The notes below the pieces were generated by a model. It was given only the letters and a program-made list of their open reading frames with translations, was not told where the DNA came from and did no database searches. Position numbers and translations under genes: made by a program. Source: Zygnema circumcarinatum SAG 698-1b (taxonomy: Eukaryota; Plantae; Zygnematophyceae). From it: a stretch of DNA of 64,000 nucleotides. Positions 60,952 through 64,000 of this stretch are shown here, piece after piece (the first letter of the stretch is position 1; each line of letters opens with the position of its first letter). The stretch spans positions 2,418,001-2,482,000 of the forward strand of contig CM074808.1 in assembly GCA_037447605.1 (NCBI GenBank). Direction: 5' to 3'.

Positions 60952-61624
60952 AGAGTTGTGTGTGTCGCGAGTCGCGACGAACGGCCCCCACACCCTCCGT
61001 ATCGTATCGTATACCGCACGTCGCGGTGCGGCCTCGATACGCGCGCCTGCAGACAAACGGGAGGTCCGTATGGTGGCCGCAGGACCCGGCCTCGCGGCCT
61101 CCATGCGCGCCGCGTGGCGCGACCGCCGCGCCCGCCTCGCGCCACGCGACCGCTCGCGCGTTGCCGTACGCAAGGCCGGTGTCTCGTACGGCGCGTATGG
61201 CCGTACGGCAGTCCGCGCAGGGAGGGCCATGGAAGGAGGGCCCCAGGGCCGTCCGGGGCCGTTCGCGCGGTTCGCCCCCCGGAGCGGAGTCGGAGCGGTC
61301 CCCTTCTCGCCCCGCGCTGAAAGTGGCCGCCCGGCCGCCCGCCCGCCGGCCGGTGGGTGGCCGGCCGGCGGGTAGCCGGGCGGGCGCGCGCGGCGCGACG
61401 TGCGACGTCGCTGGCAGGCGCCACGCGGGCGGGGCATATGCGGCCGCATATGCATCTGCCCGCCCGACCGCGCGCTCCTGGAGATTGAGCTTGGAGCTTG
61501 GAGCGTGGAGGGAAACAGAAGGAGAGAGAGAGTGAGGAAGTGAGAGGCTCTGCGCGCTGCTCTGCGCAGAAGACTGCATACTCCGAGACTGCCCAGCGCA
61601 AGCGAGAGCAGCAGCTTCGCAGTC

Positions 61625-63834
61625 ATGGCCGCAGCTGTGGCCGACAAGCTTTCGGATCTCACTGTCTCTGACGACTGGGCCCCCCCTGCCCTTAAGGCCA
61701 ACTTTAACATTCTTACCGAGGATGAGGTAGGGACTCGGCTGGCTCTTGCGCGAGTTGACATTGTCACGTAGATATTGCTACAGTGAAGGGCGCTTATTTA
61801 TTTACGTATGTTGAAGTTGCTTTTTTTGAAGAGCATCTGTTGTATAGGAGCTGCCGATAGAGATTTGCGAATCTGGCAATGCAAGTAAAATGTTTTCATC
61901 ATGTCGATTGACTCTAAAAAAAATCGTTTCTTGTATTTTGGGCGATATTTTTGCCCGCTAACTGGTTTGGTGTATCTTGTTTATAATCCGAATCCGTCGT
62001 ATTTTTGTTTTTTTTCTGGAGCTTTTATGGGAGATCGTCTCTGCATGAATAAATCCACTGATGGATGGATCCACTGATCTACGCAACTGAGGGCTGATGC
62101 AGCTGACTCTGGCGAAGATGCTTCACGAGCAAGAGCAGGATCACCTTGTCAAAGACTGGCCACCTGCGGGAGAGGACAACGCTGAGAAGCACCGCTTTTT
62201 TGAGCAGGTTTTGCTTTTTGTTTTCCCTCAAGCAAGCGCAGATTGATGGTTTTGATGTCAAGATTGGAAGTTTGTGCCTCAGAGTGTTGACGTGTCTGCT
62301 TGAAGATTTTTTCTTTATGGGCATGGGAGCCAAATGTAGGTTGGTGGTGGCATTGAGCAGCTTGCAGTCTTCCTACATACACTTCCATGTGCATTTATTT
62401 ATATCTGGCTTATTGTCTGACGTCCTTCGATTGTTATTAATGCTCGTGTTGACAGGTATCGAAGCTTGACGTCAGCTATCCTGGTGGTTTGAAAGCCTAC
62501 ATTGCAAATGCGCGGCAGCTCCTCGCAGACTCCAGGGATGGCAAAAACCCGTTCGAGGGCTGGACTCCTTCGGTACTTCTGCACACATTTGAACTGCCCG
62601 ACTTATGTTTCTTGAGTCAAGCGAGATGCATTAACCAAGGCAGGGACGACAGCAGCTTTAAGTTGGTTATGATGAGGCGTTTATGTATGAAGTTTTTGAT
62701 TTTTTGTTGTCATTGGGCTCATTTGTAGCGGCTCCATCGAATCATAAGAACGAGCTAGCTTTTGATTATCAATAGAATCAACATGGTTTGTATTTTGCTT
62801 TTTTAATAGTTATTGATTTCTCTATCCACTTTTAATAGTTCATGGTTTTTTTATACGATTTAATATTAGTTGTCCGTTTACCTGATTTTTTTATCTCCAA
62901 CCACGACACTGCATAAACACCTGCAGACATTTCCTGATCGAAAATGTGTGCTATAGCTGTTTCAGCGGGTGTCAAGTCTCCATTTAGTAGTTGCATTTGC
63001 GTTTGCAAGTGCGCTGAGAGGGCGAAGTTGACGGAGGAAAAGTTCGATTCGGGTATTGTTGCTGTGCAGGTGCCGACGGGCGAGAAGCTCGTGTTCGGCG
63101 ATGAGGCTTTCATGAGCTTCGAGGCACGCGGCGTGCAGGAGGCGGGCAGCTCCGCCTTTGTGCTCGTGGCGGGGGGGCTGGGAGAGCGTTTGGGTTACAG
63201 CGGTATTAAGGTGAGAAGGGGGCTTTGCCGTTTGTTTGCATTTTAAGTCGCCTCACTATTGAACGACAACGTTGTGCTTGTTTTCTCGGTCCTATTGAAC
63301 CTAGCTAATGGTAACGGAGTTTGTAGCTTCTGCATATGCGTCAGACTGTTTTTTTTTTTTTCGCAAGCACTTCGGAGAGTTCGCGAGTTTTTTTTGGGTG
63401 GTCATTCTGTCCGTATGTCTGTTGCCGTGCAGCGCTATGAGGTGCATAGCTTGTAAGAGGCATGGCTTGGTGGCTTTTTACAATGAGCATAAACCTTAAG
63501 ATTAAAATGTTTTTCAAGTTTAATTACTTTTATAGTCTAATATAGTTTAAGTTACCAACTCTCACTTTTTTCCCTTGGCCTACCTTGTAATTTATCCATC
63601 CAATCGTTCCAAGGGTGTTGGAGCTCTACTGCCTGCTCGCCCATCTACTGTGGAAAGTGTAGAGCGAGTGACTCTCAATGTCGATTCCGCTATCGAGTTG
63701 GCCTGACTTGTGCTACTTTGTTTTCCCACGCCAGGTTGCCCTGCCTTCCGAGACAACCACTGGAAAGTGCTTTCTGCAGCTTTACATTGAGAGCATTCTC
63801 GCACTGCAAGAAGCGAGCTATAAGGTCAACCCTG
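61625..63834 (+). CDS. USP: UDP-sugar pyrophosphorylase, first 5 exons; gene continues beyond the window
   Basis: Exons 61625-61726, 62103-62207, 62456-62572, 63070-63210, 63735-63834, in phase. Motifs: [87 protein letters not shown]. Confidence 0.96.
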
Positions 63835-64000
63835 GTGAGTGAACCGCCATCATTTGGCGGCTTGAATCAGAGCTACACCCTTTCCTGCAGTTTAGCAGTG
63901 CGGGGCTCTTGCATATGTATACAGTTTGATCTACAATTTACTTGTAACGTTTCCGACATTCGCTTCAAGACTAGTGAATGAAAATCCTAGCTGCATTGCC

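Overview
Gene-dense (about one gene per 5 kb), intron-containing land-plant nuclear DNA. GC-rich 5' ends, mostly short introns and plant-type TTTAGGG-like repeats suggest a compact non-seed-plant genome such as a hornwort or lycophyte (inference only). Splicing by hand supports 12 protein-coding genes. In order: GT92/galactan-synthase-like (-, partial); RFC5 (-); a small 3-exon plastid-type membrane protein (+) missed by the ORF track; MTP12 zinc CDF transporter (-, about 20 exons, very long His/Asp loop); POL/PLL-type PP2C (-); a class I SAM methyltransferase (+); an LBD factor (-, probable GC-AG intron); an atypical WRKY (+, WRKYGRK with CX7CX23HXH); RKP SPRY-RING E3 ligase (-); an F-box/LRR gene (+); HIT zinc-finger ZNHIT3 (-); and UDP-sugar pyrophosphorylase (+, partial). 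Notable non-coding structures: a perfect 433-unit (AGGCC)n array bracketed by an exact 145-bp direct duplication in the F-box intron; a ~780-bp degenerate telomere-like tract in an MTP12 intron; a ~160-bp dispersed element with conserved blocks in 3-4 promoter regions; and a palindromic CAATGGTTG repeat cluster. No tRNA, rRNA, CRISPR or intact transposase was recognised. Most long GC-rich or repeat-derived ORFs in the track are spurious.
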